A stretch of 64,000 nt of DNA from Balanoglossus misakiensis (Eukaryota > Animalia > Hemichordata): NCBI GenBank assembly GCA_040954595.2, contig CM082592.2, positions 3,860,735 through 3,924,734 of the forward strand. The letters are read 5' to 3'. A program made the translations under genes and the position numbers. Position 1 is the first letter of the stretch; each line of letters begins with the position of its first letter. Positions 25,745 to 38,039 of the stretch are shown here, piece after piece. The notes beneath the pieces are model-generated. The model was not told the DNA's origin and did not search any database. It saw only the letters and a program-made list of their open reading frames with translations.

Positions 25745-26486
25745 TTCGTCTGAAGTCGTCTATAAACCCAGAACACCGTGCACTTGGGGTGTCTTGACAC
25801 TGTCCCCCCCACGGGGCTGCATGAGGCAGATTTATCTGTTGTACACGAAGCAGATCATTTTGCTGCAATATTGAATTTCAAATGTTCACAATTCCCACAG
25901 GTGAAAGGCCGCGCCGACGATCGTCTCATGCGCACGTGCGTAATTTCGTGTGTGCATATATACATTCATTACGTCCAATCCAAATGTTCTGCAAATTTTG
26001 CGATGGTTCGACGCACTCAAATAGTGGACTGCCTTCGCTTCCTTCCATATTTCATGCGCCAATCAATACACTCTCGATGTAATTACGTCATCGACCACAC
26101 TTGAGAGTGACCAACTGTTGGTATATTAATGCAAAAATGGCAGAAAAATAACATTAATTGAAGTATTATCGATTGCCATTGTTTCTGGCAATTGCAGGGA
26201 CTTTCCGAGGATTTCATCATGACCACTGAGGAATAGATAATTTATTAATGATGTTGTAAAAGAAGCCTGTAGCCCCTACTAATTTTCTGTCAGATGGAAT
26301 GGTACATACTTGTGACGCACGTGTCATGATGACAATTATTTCAAGGTTGTACTTCGACTGTCTTCGTGCGCATGTCATCTTCGTGCTCTTATTAATCTAT
26401 ATATGCGTTGACATCTGTCTGTTGTCGTACACATTGCAGAATTGGTCGTGAGTGCGTGCCTATCATCGGACGGAAATTTCCCGAAA

Positions 26487-27560
26487 ATGTCGCTAACTGA
26501 CACCGAGTACATGGCAAACGTTCTCTGCTGCGTCCTCTACACGTTCACCGCCGCCGTTGGACTTCTTGGAAATGCCGCCGTGTGCTACGTGGTGTTCGCT
26601 AACAAGAAGATGCGAACACCGGGAAACTACCAACTGGTGTCTCTGGCTGTCGTCGACGCTGCCACTTGCATCTTCGCGTCGCCCATCCGTTTGATCCTGA
26701 CTGCGAAAGTGCTTCTTGACGACGCAGACGAGCTGGACCTGGTCGGTAGATATGTAACACTCTGTAAAATACAAACATTTATAATTAATGGATCTGCGGT
26801 AGCCAGCATAGTCACTATAGCAACGCTGGGCTTGACACGGGCGTTGGCTGTGGTTGGAAATTATCCGAAGGGGACACTGACAACGACAATTAAAATATGT
26901 ATAAGCATTAGCTACACTATCGGCATTATAACGGGTGGTTTAAAATTAAGCACCGGAGAGGAAACTTTCGTGTCGTGTTTCACTCCAACTGGCGGAACGG
27001 AGACAAACCACATCCTTCAATTTTTTGGTATGATCATCATTCTTGTTTGCCTGATAATCATTGCAATCTCCTACGCCTGTATTTTCGCCAAAACGCGACG
27101 TCACCACCAAAGCGTCGTGCCATGGCTCGCCCAGAAAGCCACTTTTGCAGGCAGAATGGACATTGCAACGTTCAGAGTGTCCATCACTATAATAGCGTGT
27201 TACTTCGTCACATTTCTACCTATATCTATTTATTTCTTCGCGACTAAAAGCTTCTCGCGTCCGCAGAACCCCCATTTTATTAACCTCCTGCTGATGCTGG
27301 TGATCGTGGGTAGCGTCGCCAATCCAATCATATACGCTCTGATGTCGAAATCTTTCCGGCGCCATGCTTGTAGGCGTAGCGGTCACGCGCACACGTCGTC
27401 GCCTGGTTTGCCGGGGAGGTCGACAAGACGGGTCCGCCCCGCTACAATGAACAACGACGGGGTTCGTTTCAATCCTGGAGGCGATCATGTGCCCCCGGCG
27501 GTCGCTGAGCGTCACCAACGCAACGGCTCACGAAGTGTAATGATTGCTACTGTGACTTGA
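26487..27560 (+). CDS. Intronless class A (rhodopsin-like) orphan GPCR, ~357 aa
   Basis: Seven hydrophobic segments; TM1 GLLGN, TM2 SLAVVD, Cys at the top of TM3 and in ECL2, TM6 YFVTFLP, TM7 ANPIIY, helix 8 SKSFR. First ATG at 26487 (the ORF-track start at 26442 is TTG). Confidence 0.9.
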   Translation: MSLTDTEYMANVLCCVLYTFTAAVGLLGNAAVCYVVFANKKMRTPGNYQLVSLAVVDAATCIFASPIRLILTAKVLLDDADELDLVGRYVTLCKIQTFIINGSAVASIVTIATLGLTRALAVVGNYPKGTLTTTIKICISISYTIGIITGGLKLSTGEETFVSCFTPTGGTETNHILQFFGMIIILVCLIIIAISYACIFAKTRRHHQSVVPWLAQKATFAGRMDIATFRVSITIIACYFVTFLPISIYFFATKSFSRPQNPHFINLLLMLVIVGSVANPIIYALMSKSFRRHACRRSGHAHTSSPGLPGRSTRRVRPATMNNDGVRFNPGGDHVPPAVAERHQRNGSRSVMIATVT

Positions 27561-30290
27561 GGGACGGAGACTACGTAATGTCAAACGGTGGCGAGAAGTC
27601 CATAGGATCACTTCATTGTTGAAAATTGCTGCCACCGCTATGTGCATGTGTAGACACTTCAGTTGTGTTCACCGTTGTTGTCTGACACCGGAGACTTGTT
27701 TTGGCATTTGAATTTGCCATTACCACAAGACAAAGGAACATGACATGGAGAGAACGCTAACTTCGTGGAAAAGGGGTCGGAAGCTCGAGACAAGGGAACG
27801 TCGTTCGCATTGGTGATTTTCGAAAACATGTACATTGTACACGCATCTAGCTGGGACAAGTAGCGCGTATGATATCGTTATAACAAAAGGCGGCTTTTCC
27901 CGTAAATTGGATTGTCAAACTATAAATGTACAACAGATATACATATCGTGTTGAGCCATCATGTGCATGAAGGGACTGTGGTGGCGCATAATAGCATATT
28001 AGGACCACAGTAGTTGGCATTCGAAAACAACGAGAGAAACACTATGACAGCAAAGTCAGTCGCTTGAGGGCGTTCTGGTGAGCGATCCCCGCGGAATGGT
28101 GGTCTGCTGCCGGGAAGTTTCCACTTCTGCGAAAGTTTTTCTGGACAAAATAACAAAGAGGGAGTGTGACCCTGTGCTTCAGTGAAAACGTATACACCGT
28201 GGTATCAACTAAGTGTGAATACCGAGTTCTAATGAAAGGCAAGGATTTTCCAATATGGCCAGATGCACTCCGCTGAGCTGGTGTATGTTGGGACAACATA
28301 ATAAATCATAGAGGCGAGTCTATGGACTGCAGCTTTAATGGTTGGCAATGCTGAAGTTGAGGTGGCAATAACAGACTTCTTGCACCCTCACCCAATCTTT
28401 TGCCCTCCAATGATCAACTTTTACATCAACTCATTCTTCGCTACCAAATGACGTCAGACGCGCTCAGGCGGCAGTTACGTTCGCATTCAAAATTCCAGAT
28501 GACGGGCAACTTCAACAACGTGGTCCAGGCAAAGACTGTGCAGACTAAACTCCATGAGGCTGATAAGGCACCATGTCTGGCGGTTTAAAAGTAAAAACAT
28601 ACCCGGAATTTTTTTACTGGATGCCGAAATGGCCAGATCAGGTGATTGATAGTAAAGAATAGGGGTGTGGATTTAGAGAATGACGTATTCACTGTGGCCA
28701 CTTGAAAGTATACCAATCAAGCATAAGTTCTGTTGCATTATGGAACACACAGTGTCATTGGAGGCTGCACGTATCGGCAATTTGACACTGTTCGTAGAAA
28801 GTACCAAAGTATGTGACATGAAAACAGTTTGAATTCAATTCGTGGTACAATACTGAGAAAATCGTTAGAGATAGTGGAACTTGAACACTAATATTTTTCA
28901 CTTATTTTTGATCTATTTCTCCCTTTTTAATTGTTTAAATGTATTCATGTACTGTGTATAAATTTATTCAGTTATTTAATGGTTTATCATTAATCAAATG
29001 CGACCACAAAATATGTAACGTTTGCACAAGAAGTTGCTTCCTGCGCCTCTGAAACGCCAAGAGTGAAATGCATTCAGGCGTATGGACATAACCGTGTGGT
29101 ATTTCAGTTTACTTCACGCTAGAATTCAGCCATTTAATTTTGTTCACATTGAACGCTTATCCCGGCCATGTAAAGAATGGATACGATCTTCTTGCTTGTA
29201 GCAAGACAGCTTTTGATATTTCCAAAGATAAAGTACATGGGCAAATAACATTAATAAAGAGCTTGAAAATATGTTAAATACATGGACGAGAAGAAAATTT
29301 ATGCATTGATATTGTGAAAGATCTATGGACCGTATTTCACAAATGTTGTACTGAGTTTCAATATTAAATGCCTGATGAAGTAAAAGCTAAAGTGCAACAT
29401 CTTGTTGACTTCATCAAAAAGAAAACGCCCAATCAAGCAAACAACAATTGAAAGAGACTACCACGTTGGGATGTTAATACTATCAGTGTTGATAAACACC
29501 CTTGTGCTTTCAATGCTATTTGGGTCAAAAGATTGGTTTCGGGTAAAGGTTGCATTTGGGCTGCAATACCATGGCATAGCCATGGGTGGGTGGGTGTTTT
29601 GGGTTTGGTTGGGGTAGCGGGTGCTGCCAGGTTGACGATTTTTGTTCGCAGCCCTACCTACAAAAATCGTCAACCTAGCAGCACCCGCTACAATCATTGC
29701 AGCTAAGACTATGGTTGCCTTTTCCATCGACTGTACACAATTTTTGTAATCAGAGTCTCTGGTTTGGCACATACGCATAAGACGATCGTCTCCCTTTAAC
29801 ATGACCGGCTGAAATAGACCTGCAGAAGGTTCTAGAATGAGCATATATGACCTAAAAAGGTGTGGCTCCTCAATGGGTCAAAGGTATTTTAAAGAACTTT
29901 AGCAACAACAACTCGCAAACACAAACAATAATTATCCTTTTCAAAAAAGAAATGTATACTTTGTGTATGAACAAGTTACATTGATGTTTTAGTGTGGTTC
30001 AATTTTATTGGTGCATATTACATTTCCCATACTGCAACTCATCGGCCGCCATATCCATTTCTGCTTTGCTGTGTCATTGACGTATTTCTTGATGTTGTAC
30101 GTAATTCTCGCGTTTATTTCATATTTAGCGTGATTATATGTGATATTTTGACACTGATAAAGGGGTTCTACATTAGGTTGAATTCTACTGACCCGCTATT
30201 CAGGAAAATCGAACTTGTACTTAAATAACTACGCCTACACCGATCCGGGACAACTAGCAAACTTTCCATCGTCACGCCGCGCCATAAACT

Positions 30291-33200
30291 ATGAATTTCT
30301 TCGGAACCATTCTCTCGGTAAGTTTTCATATACTCATGTATAAATAAGGTATCTTAGTTGCTGTAGTTTACTCGACTAATGACTCAGTGATACGCAGTTT
30401 ACAAATGCAAATAACAAAAAACGACGTGGTTATTATATCGACTCCATGGAAACAATCTTTTGGAATATTTCAGCATATCTATTTTATTAATATAAATTTA
30501 GCTAATTACTCAATTAGCCATCCTTTGGCTCGGATTGTGATATTGATGTTATAGAACTGTGACGTTGGTTACACAAGACCAAAACATCCTAGTTCTGGTG
30601 CATGTTGTCAAATGCATAACTACATGCCATGTCAGGACAGTGAACTGATTTGGCTGGATATTTACTCGCACAGTGAATTTCACGGCACTCCTGGGGAATC
30701 AATTAATACACTCAATTATGCTTAAGAGTGTGTGATATTGATCTTTCCGAATCTTAAATCAGTATCAATGCAATAACACCAAGAAAATATTTATATAATG
30801 ATATAGGCGTAATCCTATAATGTCATTGACCTCAGCATACCTCAGCTAGAGTACGAGTATCCATTGTATTGTTCCAGGTCGTATGCGTAACCCTGCTTGC
30901 GGCCACTGTGCATGTGATGTCTGAAGATTCATGTCTGATAGGAAAGGAGAATAACTACCAGCAAGACTGGGTTAGCAGTGCTGAAGATAAATGGTGTTGT
31001 GACACATGCAATACAGGTATAAGATTACAAATTACAAGTTACAAGTGCCTGCCCTGCCAGTGGCACGCATGTCAAAGGAAGGTCATTCATTCATTCATTC
31101 ATTCATTCATTCATTCATTCATTCATTCATTCATTCAGTCAGTCAGTCAGTCAATCAGACAGTATGTATGTATGTATGTATGTATGTATGTATGTATGTA
31201 TGTATGTATGTATGTATGTATGTATGTATGTATGTATGTATGTATGTATAATGTGTGTGTGTGCACGCGCGTGTGTGTGTGTCTTAATGGTCCCTGTATG
31301 AACCACTAGCTAATATATGCTGGGGTTTTTGAAAAGCCAAAACAAGTACTTTTTGTGCACTTGTGTTTAATTACAGGAGCTTACATGACGCGTGCGTGTG
31401 AAGTGGGAAAGCCAGACACCAAACAATGTAGCGTCTGCCCCGATGGGACGTTCACAGACATTCCGAACCTCAGGGACGATTGCATGCCGCACACTCTGTG
31501 TCTGATTACAAAACACAGAATTCCCAAGACCTATGGTTCCAAAACTACGGATTTCACCTGCCAGTGCGAACCTGGATATTACGAGTTACAAAGCGAGGAT
31601 TGCAAAGTCTGGACAGTGTGTCCGGTGGGAAGTGGAGTTTTACAACAAGGTATTTGGTTGGACTACTTTACAGTTGTACTTTATATCTTCTGGGGGGAAA
31701 AATCCTGTGATGACGTCCTAATTTTAACTTGGTTTATATTATGCTGATATAAGTTGACTGAATTATATGCTCCTCTCAATTACCATAACAAACTGAATTG
31801 TTTAATGGTTGGTGCACATGATCTCACTATAATCAACTCTTCTCTCTACCCTGCTATGAGAGCATAGCATCAGCTCTTAATGTTCATTAATTAATTTGCT
31901 TTAATTACATAGCCTGTCTCTCTTTAAGGCACTTTTGAAAAAAAAAGTTCTGATTTGATTCATGTGTTAAATGCTGGTGTTCTTTTTCATTGACACGTAC
32001 ACTGAATTGTCCAAGTCATGTACATGTAATCAGAAGGACTACTGTTCTTGCCACCCACCATTCATTCCCTGTATTCCTGCTTCCCGCCGTCCATTCCTGA
32101 ATACATACAACTCCACCCTGCCACCAATCCTAAAGACATCCGTTCTGTTTTCAGGCAGCCCCACTGACGATGTTGAGTGCCAGGAATGCTTGAATGGGAC
32201 ATTTTCGGATGTTAACAGTAGCACTTCAACTTGTTCACCTCATACGAAGTAGGTGTATTACATGCATTCACGTTGTAAGGCTTTCTTACTTATACAGTCA
32301 GCGTTTTTGAGTCATAAAAGATAGTTCTCGTATTCTTTGTAGTCTGCTAGCTTCCAAACTGTTTATAATTAATTCTCCAACATCAGTGATCTACCGCATT
32401 CAGTATTGCATCATTGTACGTTCTTTTCAGCTGTCAAGCCGAAGGCTTAGAGACAGTAACGAATGGTACAAGTTCAACTGACACAGTCTGCAGTACAGCA
32501 CCTTCAGTTTCGCCAGGTTAGTGTCCGCACATTATGCAACTATTAAGTAAATTAAAGTATTTCTGAGCAAGTGATTGGAAACGTGAAATTAAGTAAAATG
32601 TACCATTATATAATATAACAGAGGAAACCTTAAAAGTCATTACGTTAAACTGCAGGAAGATTTAATTTGCAGTAAACAACACTGTATCATATGTGCATAA
32701 CTTAAAATTCAACATAGCAATTAAAGACATCTTTTATGTTTCTAGATTTTACTGGTTTATTTGTTTGCAGGGAATTATACGTCCACCTTGGTGCCCCCGG
32801 CAAGTAACACTGAGATGTACATCGGAATTGGCTTTGGTGTAGCAATCGGAATTGTCGTAGTACTGGTAATAATATTTCTGGTAATATATTACTGTCGGCG
32901 TCGTCGCTTGTTGTGCTGGAGGCCTAATGGTAAGAATAAGGGAGCAGGTTGTAGAATTATATAAAGTACATTGTGTTGCGGACTTCGTATTAGTACACTT
33001 GCCATTACTGCAATGCAGCTGTACATTGGATCGTCATTGTACAGTGGATCGTCATGAAACCTACTCAACAATTTGACAGAGATATGAATTGTTCCATCTC
33101 ATTGTGTCCCTCTAATTCACCTGGTGCATCAGTGGGATTAGTCTACAGGTCTGTTTTGTTAAATTTGTAGATGTTTTTTAACACTTCACACATCCGTTGT

Positions 33201-35466
33201 ATTTGGAAGAAAAAAACTGTAATATTTCGCTATGATATCATATTACATGTATATTAGGCAATGGAGATAATCACAAAGTTTCACACACACAAAAAACATG
33301 GTGGTTTTCGATTGTCAAGGAAATTATCTGTGATTTTTCATGCATATTAATTTTTAATGAGCATGTCAACATTTTTGTTTCCCAGTTGTATGCATCATAA
33401 TGTAAACAAAATGTAAGATGGTAACTGAAAAAATAAATGGTGCAATTAACATTTTCTTATTTACCTTACCCTGAAAATATATCTGGCAAATGTTTCTGAA
33501 TGTTCCAAGGAGTCTGTATCATATACCCGAATGTTTTTACTCTTTTGGGAAATGTGTCTTTGCCACAATTTCTGTGGACCCTACTCTTTGCAGTTGTCAT
33601 AATTCTAGTTTTCTCTTGCAGTTCAAGATAAACAAAATGGCGGCCCGGCTCAAAATGCAATGCACCTGTACGGGAATGTTCCGAGTGAGGACACTACCAT
33701 GGATACGGATAGCCTACCAGCAGGTGCAGCAGCTTCCAAGTAAGAATTAGTTGTATTTTGGACATGAAACAGTTTATTGAACCAAATGGAAACTAACATA
33801 ACAGACCTTGATATACTAGTACACGCAGATGAACATCTCATCTTTAACTAGACTTTATATACATTTTTTTGCATTTCATTCACACCACACCTAGGAATTT
33901 GTGCCCTTATTTAAAAATATTGAATGAGCAATTGGTAAAAAACACAGATGTATAGGTACATAGTACTGAAGTATCACTTGTACATATGCTTTCTACAAAG
34001 TCGCAACCATTTGATAGAATTAACTTAATAGTCATTTTAATACTCTCACAGAATGTTCACCTAGACATTTCTGCCTTCACTTTCTTGTAAGTTATCAACC
34101 CAGGATGAATGGGTCGGCCAATGGCTCTGTAGCTCACACCTCTGCAACCGGGAATTCTGTCAACGACACTAAACTGCAGGTTCCTGTGGGGATGTCGGAA
34201 TCGAATTATCGAGGCAACCGCCATCCCAGCAGTCAGTGTAGCGCAAGTAATGGACCACAGACACGGGGCTCTGCAGTTCTGCAACCTGGTGGTAAGTAAT
34301 TGGCCAAAAATGTCTTTTTCGAGGCACAGTTTTCAGACCAGTTTGCCACGAGCTTTCCACTTTTAATATTTTACCGATATCTGTGTTAAGTATTTGTGAA
34401 GGAAGTAAAATTAAGGCACAGATGAGCTCCCCCCCCCCCCCCTCCCCAACAAAAAATGTGATAATTAATACCACAGAAGGTGTTCTGCAAATACGTTATG
34501 TTTGGTTTATTGGTTAAATCTTCTGGTGATTGTCATCTCGTAGAATATACAAATTCCCAACACTGAAACGCAATTTCCACCACAGGTAAAAGTTCTGTGT
34601 ATGGTCTGTCAGAAGCTGGAAGCCACCCAAGCAGGACGACTCAAAATGACTTCGGTGAGTGCCGTCACATTATGTTCTGTGTCTTCCCATTGCGTTTTGG
34701 TCCAAGTTAAAATTGTTCCTTGTATAAGTTCAGCTCTGCCCCAGAGTATTCAACATTCAGCTATTGCATAGGAAATGGATTGTAACCTGTTATTATGGAC
34801 ACCTCTCTCATCGGGACACCTGTCTATTAAGGACATATTTTTTTCAAAACAAAGGTCATGGTTAAGGACACTTCTTGTGATCCCAGGCCAGAGGTGTCCT
34901 TGACAGGTTTTACTGCAATTATATCTTTCACAATAACATCAATTCACTCTTGGTTCGGTAGACTGTAAAAATGCATGTGGTACATGCAAATGTTACCCTT
35001 ACAGTCATGTTGGTGTACGTAGCACGTGTTATACACCTGAAAACAGAATTATTTGATGCATGTATGTCTCTGGTTGATGTGTATTATTGACTTCGAGTCT
35101 GCAGTTACTCCTTTGTTAGTGCCCACCCCTATATACTAGTAGTGGTCACCTCTATATAGTGGCCACTTTGTTACAGTCCCAGTGCAATTCAGGTGTGCAT
35201 TAATTAACCTCTCTATAAAGGTCACCTGTCTATAAAGGCCAGTTTAGGAAAGTCCCTTGACTGGCCACTATAGACACGTTCCACTGTATTTACCATTAGG
35301 CTTTATGATTTTATTGTTTGTCCGTACTTCCTGGTCATTGGTTCTGTTTCTCTCTTGTTATGTAGGACGGATTGTACGAAATGGAGATGATGGTATGCAG
35401 ACTTCAGGGTCAGAATATCCAATGAAAGAACGCCAAGTGCACAGGCAAGCCCAACAGGACCATTAA
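30291..35466 (+). CDS. TNF receptor superfamily member, ~417 aa: signal peptide, ~4 Cys-rich domains, one TM, cytoplasmic tail without death domain
   Basis: Exons 30291-30317, 30878-31016, 31377-31649, 32155-32248, 32431-32516, 32771-32929 (TM IGIGFGVAIGIVVVLVIIFLVIYYC-RRRR), 33622-33739, 34104-34291, 34586-34654, 35366-35466, all phase-compatible. TNFR-type motifs CCDTC, CSVCPDGTFTD, CQCEPGYY, CQECLNGTFSD..S....CSPHT, GTSSTDTVC. Cytoplasmic exons are less certain. Confidence 0.85.
31083..31282. repeat. Compound (TTCA)n/(TCAG)n/(TATG)n/(TG)n microsatellite (intronic)
   Basis: Direct runs. Confidence 0.95.
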
Positions 35467-35962
35467 CGTGCAAACCATTCTGACAGTTAGTTTTCATACT
35501 AGTTTTTGTACTGGAATATAGTTTATAGAATATAGTCAAATGTATATTTAAAACAAAAAAGTTTAAATATTTCATAACAACACTTTTTATAGTGTATTTT
35601 ATACTGGAATATATTTTCATACAAACTTTTGATTGTCAAATGTCAAAATATGAAATATTTCAAAACAAGGTTGATAGTGATACATTTACTAAAATGTACA
35701 TATACTTGAAAGTGAGGGTTGTCGTGACCAGTAAATACATTATAGTGGGCATTTAAGCAGGTGCTCCTGAGTTGAAAGATGGAATACAAGAAAGTTTCAC
35801 AGCAAGCTTTATATAACACATGTCTTGCTACTATTTTACAAGTCTCGGTGTATATGAGGCTAAGGCTACCACAGGTCAGTGTCTATTGAACGTTTATGGT
35901 TGTGAAAGACATACATTTGACAACATAGTTTTTACATGTTTTTGTTTTTGATGAATTTGTTT

Positions 35963-36203
35963 TTAAAAGATGGACGTTTTGTAAAATTTATTGTACAGAA
36001 TGGATTTAATTTAAGTTACATTTATATTTTGTAAATGCAATTAAATTATGGTTTTGGACAGGTTCAGTTACAAAGATATAATATATTAAAAGATGGACGT
36101 TTTGTAAAATTTATTGTACAGAATGGATTTAATTTAAGTTACATTTATATTTTGTAAATGCAATTAAATTATGGTTAATTTTGGACAGTTTCAGTTACAA
36201 AGA
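35963..36203. repeat. Tandem duplication, 2 x ~120 bp AT-rich unit downstream of the TNFR stop
   Basis: TTAAAAGATGGACGTTTTGTAAAATTTATTGTACAGAATGGATTTAATTTAAG...TTACAAAGA at 35963 and 36086. Confidence 0.9.
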
Positions 36204-36575
36204 GGATGGATTTGACAGTACAAGTAACAAGAACAGCATTGCTTTGTTCAATTCAGTATTCAAACCCAATGAATCGCAGCGCCTTGAATCTCCACACATT
36301 CAAAATATTGTTGTCTGTCGACTTAGGCTGAGGAGAAATTGAAATGTTTCATCGTTTAAAATTAAGTGGCAACAGGAGTGGGGTATTGTTCTGTCCACTG
36401 GGCAACATTGGCAAGTCTCATGAAAATGTGCGTAATTGGTGAAAAATACTACTAATAACAAAGGGTCATTAGATGCAAATTGGCAGACATACTAATATGG
36501 GGGGTCACACAGGGACCATTAAACATGAAACAAACTTTGGCTAAGGGAACACTTGGTCAACACAGTATCAATTTG

Positions 36576-38039
36576 TTAAACTAATGCAATGCTTTCAAAC
36601 ACCCTTTTGATTTCCTCTGCAAATAACATTGCCATACCACGTCTATGCAGGTCAGTATTTGTATCGTATTGTAACGTCACAAAAAATTTGCCACCGCAGC
36701 CCGAGATAAATATATTACAAGAACTTAGGAATGTGCCCCTCGACGCTCTATAAGTTTTATCAACACTGACTTTGCGGTCATTGTGACATTCCAGAGAAGT
36801 AAGCCGTCCTAAATTTGATATGTATAATGTATCATTGATAGGATTGTTTCGCTGTTTAGAAAGTTTGATAAACTTCGAAGTGTCCATAAAATGACGCCTT
36901 GATAGCTTTGATATTGGTCTTTGACTCGGTAATCTATCGTCCAGATTTCCTTTAAGCCACCTTGCAAGTTTCCAGAAGTATTCACCCCCAATCGAGTCTT
37001 GACTTATATTTGTCGTAATGTTTTCTGCGCTGTAGTAAACACCTAAATCTGTATCATTTTCTTTGTCTTTGAAATACCTTCGCAAGCTGTAGGCAATTTG
37101 CAAATTAACATCCATAGGTTTTCCATCATTAACTATTTTAGCAAAAGCTGATGAAATTACTGCTGTTATTAATGAATTGAGATTTGCTTTGTTTTGACTT
37201 GCCTGCTGCTTCAGTTTGGGCATCAAATTCTCAGACATTTCGAAGTTGATCAATTTTGTTTCGACATTCGTGACATAATCATCATTCATAGAAGTATCTG
37301 AAAAACCTGAACTGGTTGCCGATTCCCCCTGCATCGTTTTAACCTCTTTCTCAATTACATTCATATTCTCCGGTATTGAAATCAAATCCTCTACTGCTCG
37401 AGGAAAAGGTACACTCTGAACTCTGTGCTGTATATTTGCCTCAAAGGATCCGTCCACAATGGCATTGATATTTTCTAGGAATTGACCTACATAGTGAACT
37501 GCACTACCACCATCTGCAATTGAATGGTGAAACTGAAACGTGAAAGCAGCCTTGTACGACTCACGACCGCCAGTGTCGCTCTCGGACCACTCTTCTTGTA
37601 ACATTGTACAGTTCCACAGAGGGCCTTGGAGGCGGTTGATGGCATCGGTTAGAGATCGAGACATGGCAGCTTCCACATCGTTCACGGTGTGATCTGATAC
37701 ACGAAGGTCGATAATTCCGCCGTTTGCCATCTCTGCGAAACACCGGTCAGTTTCACTGCCGTCTGCATCGTGCAAAACAAGAACCCTTGATCTCAATGCA
37801 GCATGTTTCTTGCGTAGGTCATCCAGTGCCTTGTGAACAATGTCCTTCGTAATTTCAACTTTGCTATTCAATTGCAAGTATACTACAATACCCCAGAGAC
37901 CGTGTTCCGATAAAATGTCGTGCATACGTTCACATCCGTTCATTTTTCGGAAACACGGCACAGGCGCGTGTCGACCGCGAAAATCAGCATTCGTGCCCTG
38001 TGAAGTAATGGGGTGGAAACTTTGCATAGCTGATGTCAT
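36576..38039 (-). CDS. Intronless stand-alone condensation-domain / CoA-dependent acyltransferase-fold protein, 487 aa
   Basis: Uninterrupted 1464-nt ORF with catalytic HHSIADG (HHxxxDG), KHAALRSRV, GPLW, SLRRY, DLGVY, FWKLAR and ISNLG motifs typical of NRPS-condensation / alcohol-acetyltransferase / PapA-like enzymes. Confidence 0.88.
   Translation of the reverse strand: MTSAMQSFHPITSQGTNADFRGRHAPVPCFRKMNGCERMHDILSEHGLWGIVVYLQLNSKVEITKDIVHKALDDLRKKHAALRSRVLVLHDADGSETDRCFAEMANGGIIDLRVSDHTVNDVEAAMSRSLTDAINRLQGPLWNCTMLQEEWSESDTGGRESYKAAFTFQFHHSIADGGSAVHYVGQFLENINAIVDGSFEANIQHRVQSVPFPRAVEDLISIPENMNVIEKEVKTMQGESATSSGFSDTSMNDDYVTNVETKLINFEMSENLMPKLKQQASQNKANLNSLITAVISSAFAKIVNDGKPMDVNLQIAYSLRRYFKDKENDTDLGVYYSAENITTNISQDSIGGEYFWKLARWLKGNLDDRLPSQRPISKLSRRHFMDTSKFIKLSKQRNNPINDTLYISNLGRLTSLECHNDRKVSVDKTYRASRGTFLSSCNIFISGCGGKFFVTLQYDTNTDLHRRGMAMLFAEEIKRVFESIALV

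Noticed and set aside
29458-29844. 128-aa ORF sharing DDRLMRxC with ORF 25778-26104
   Set aside because: Only ~20 nt of similarity, with no domain or splice support
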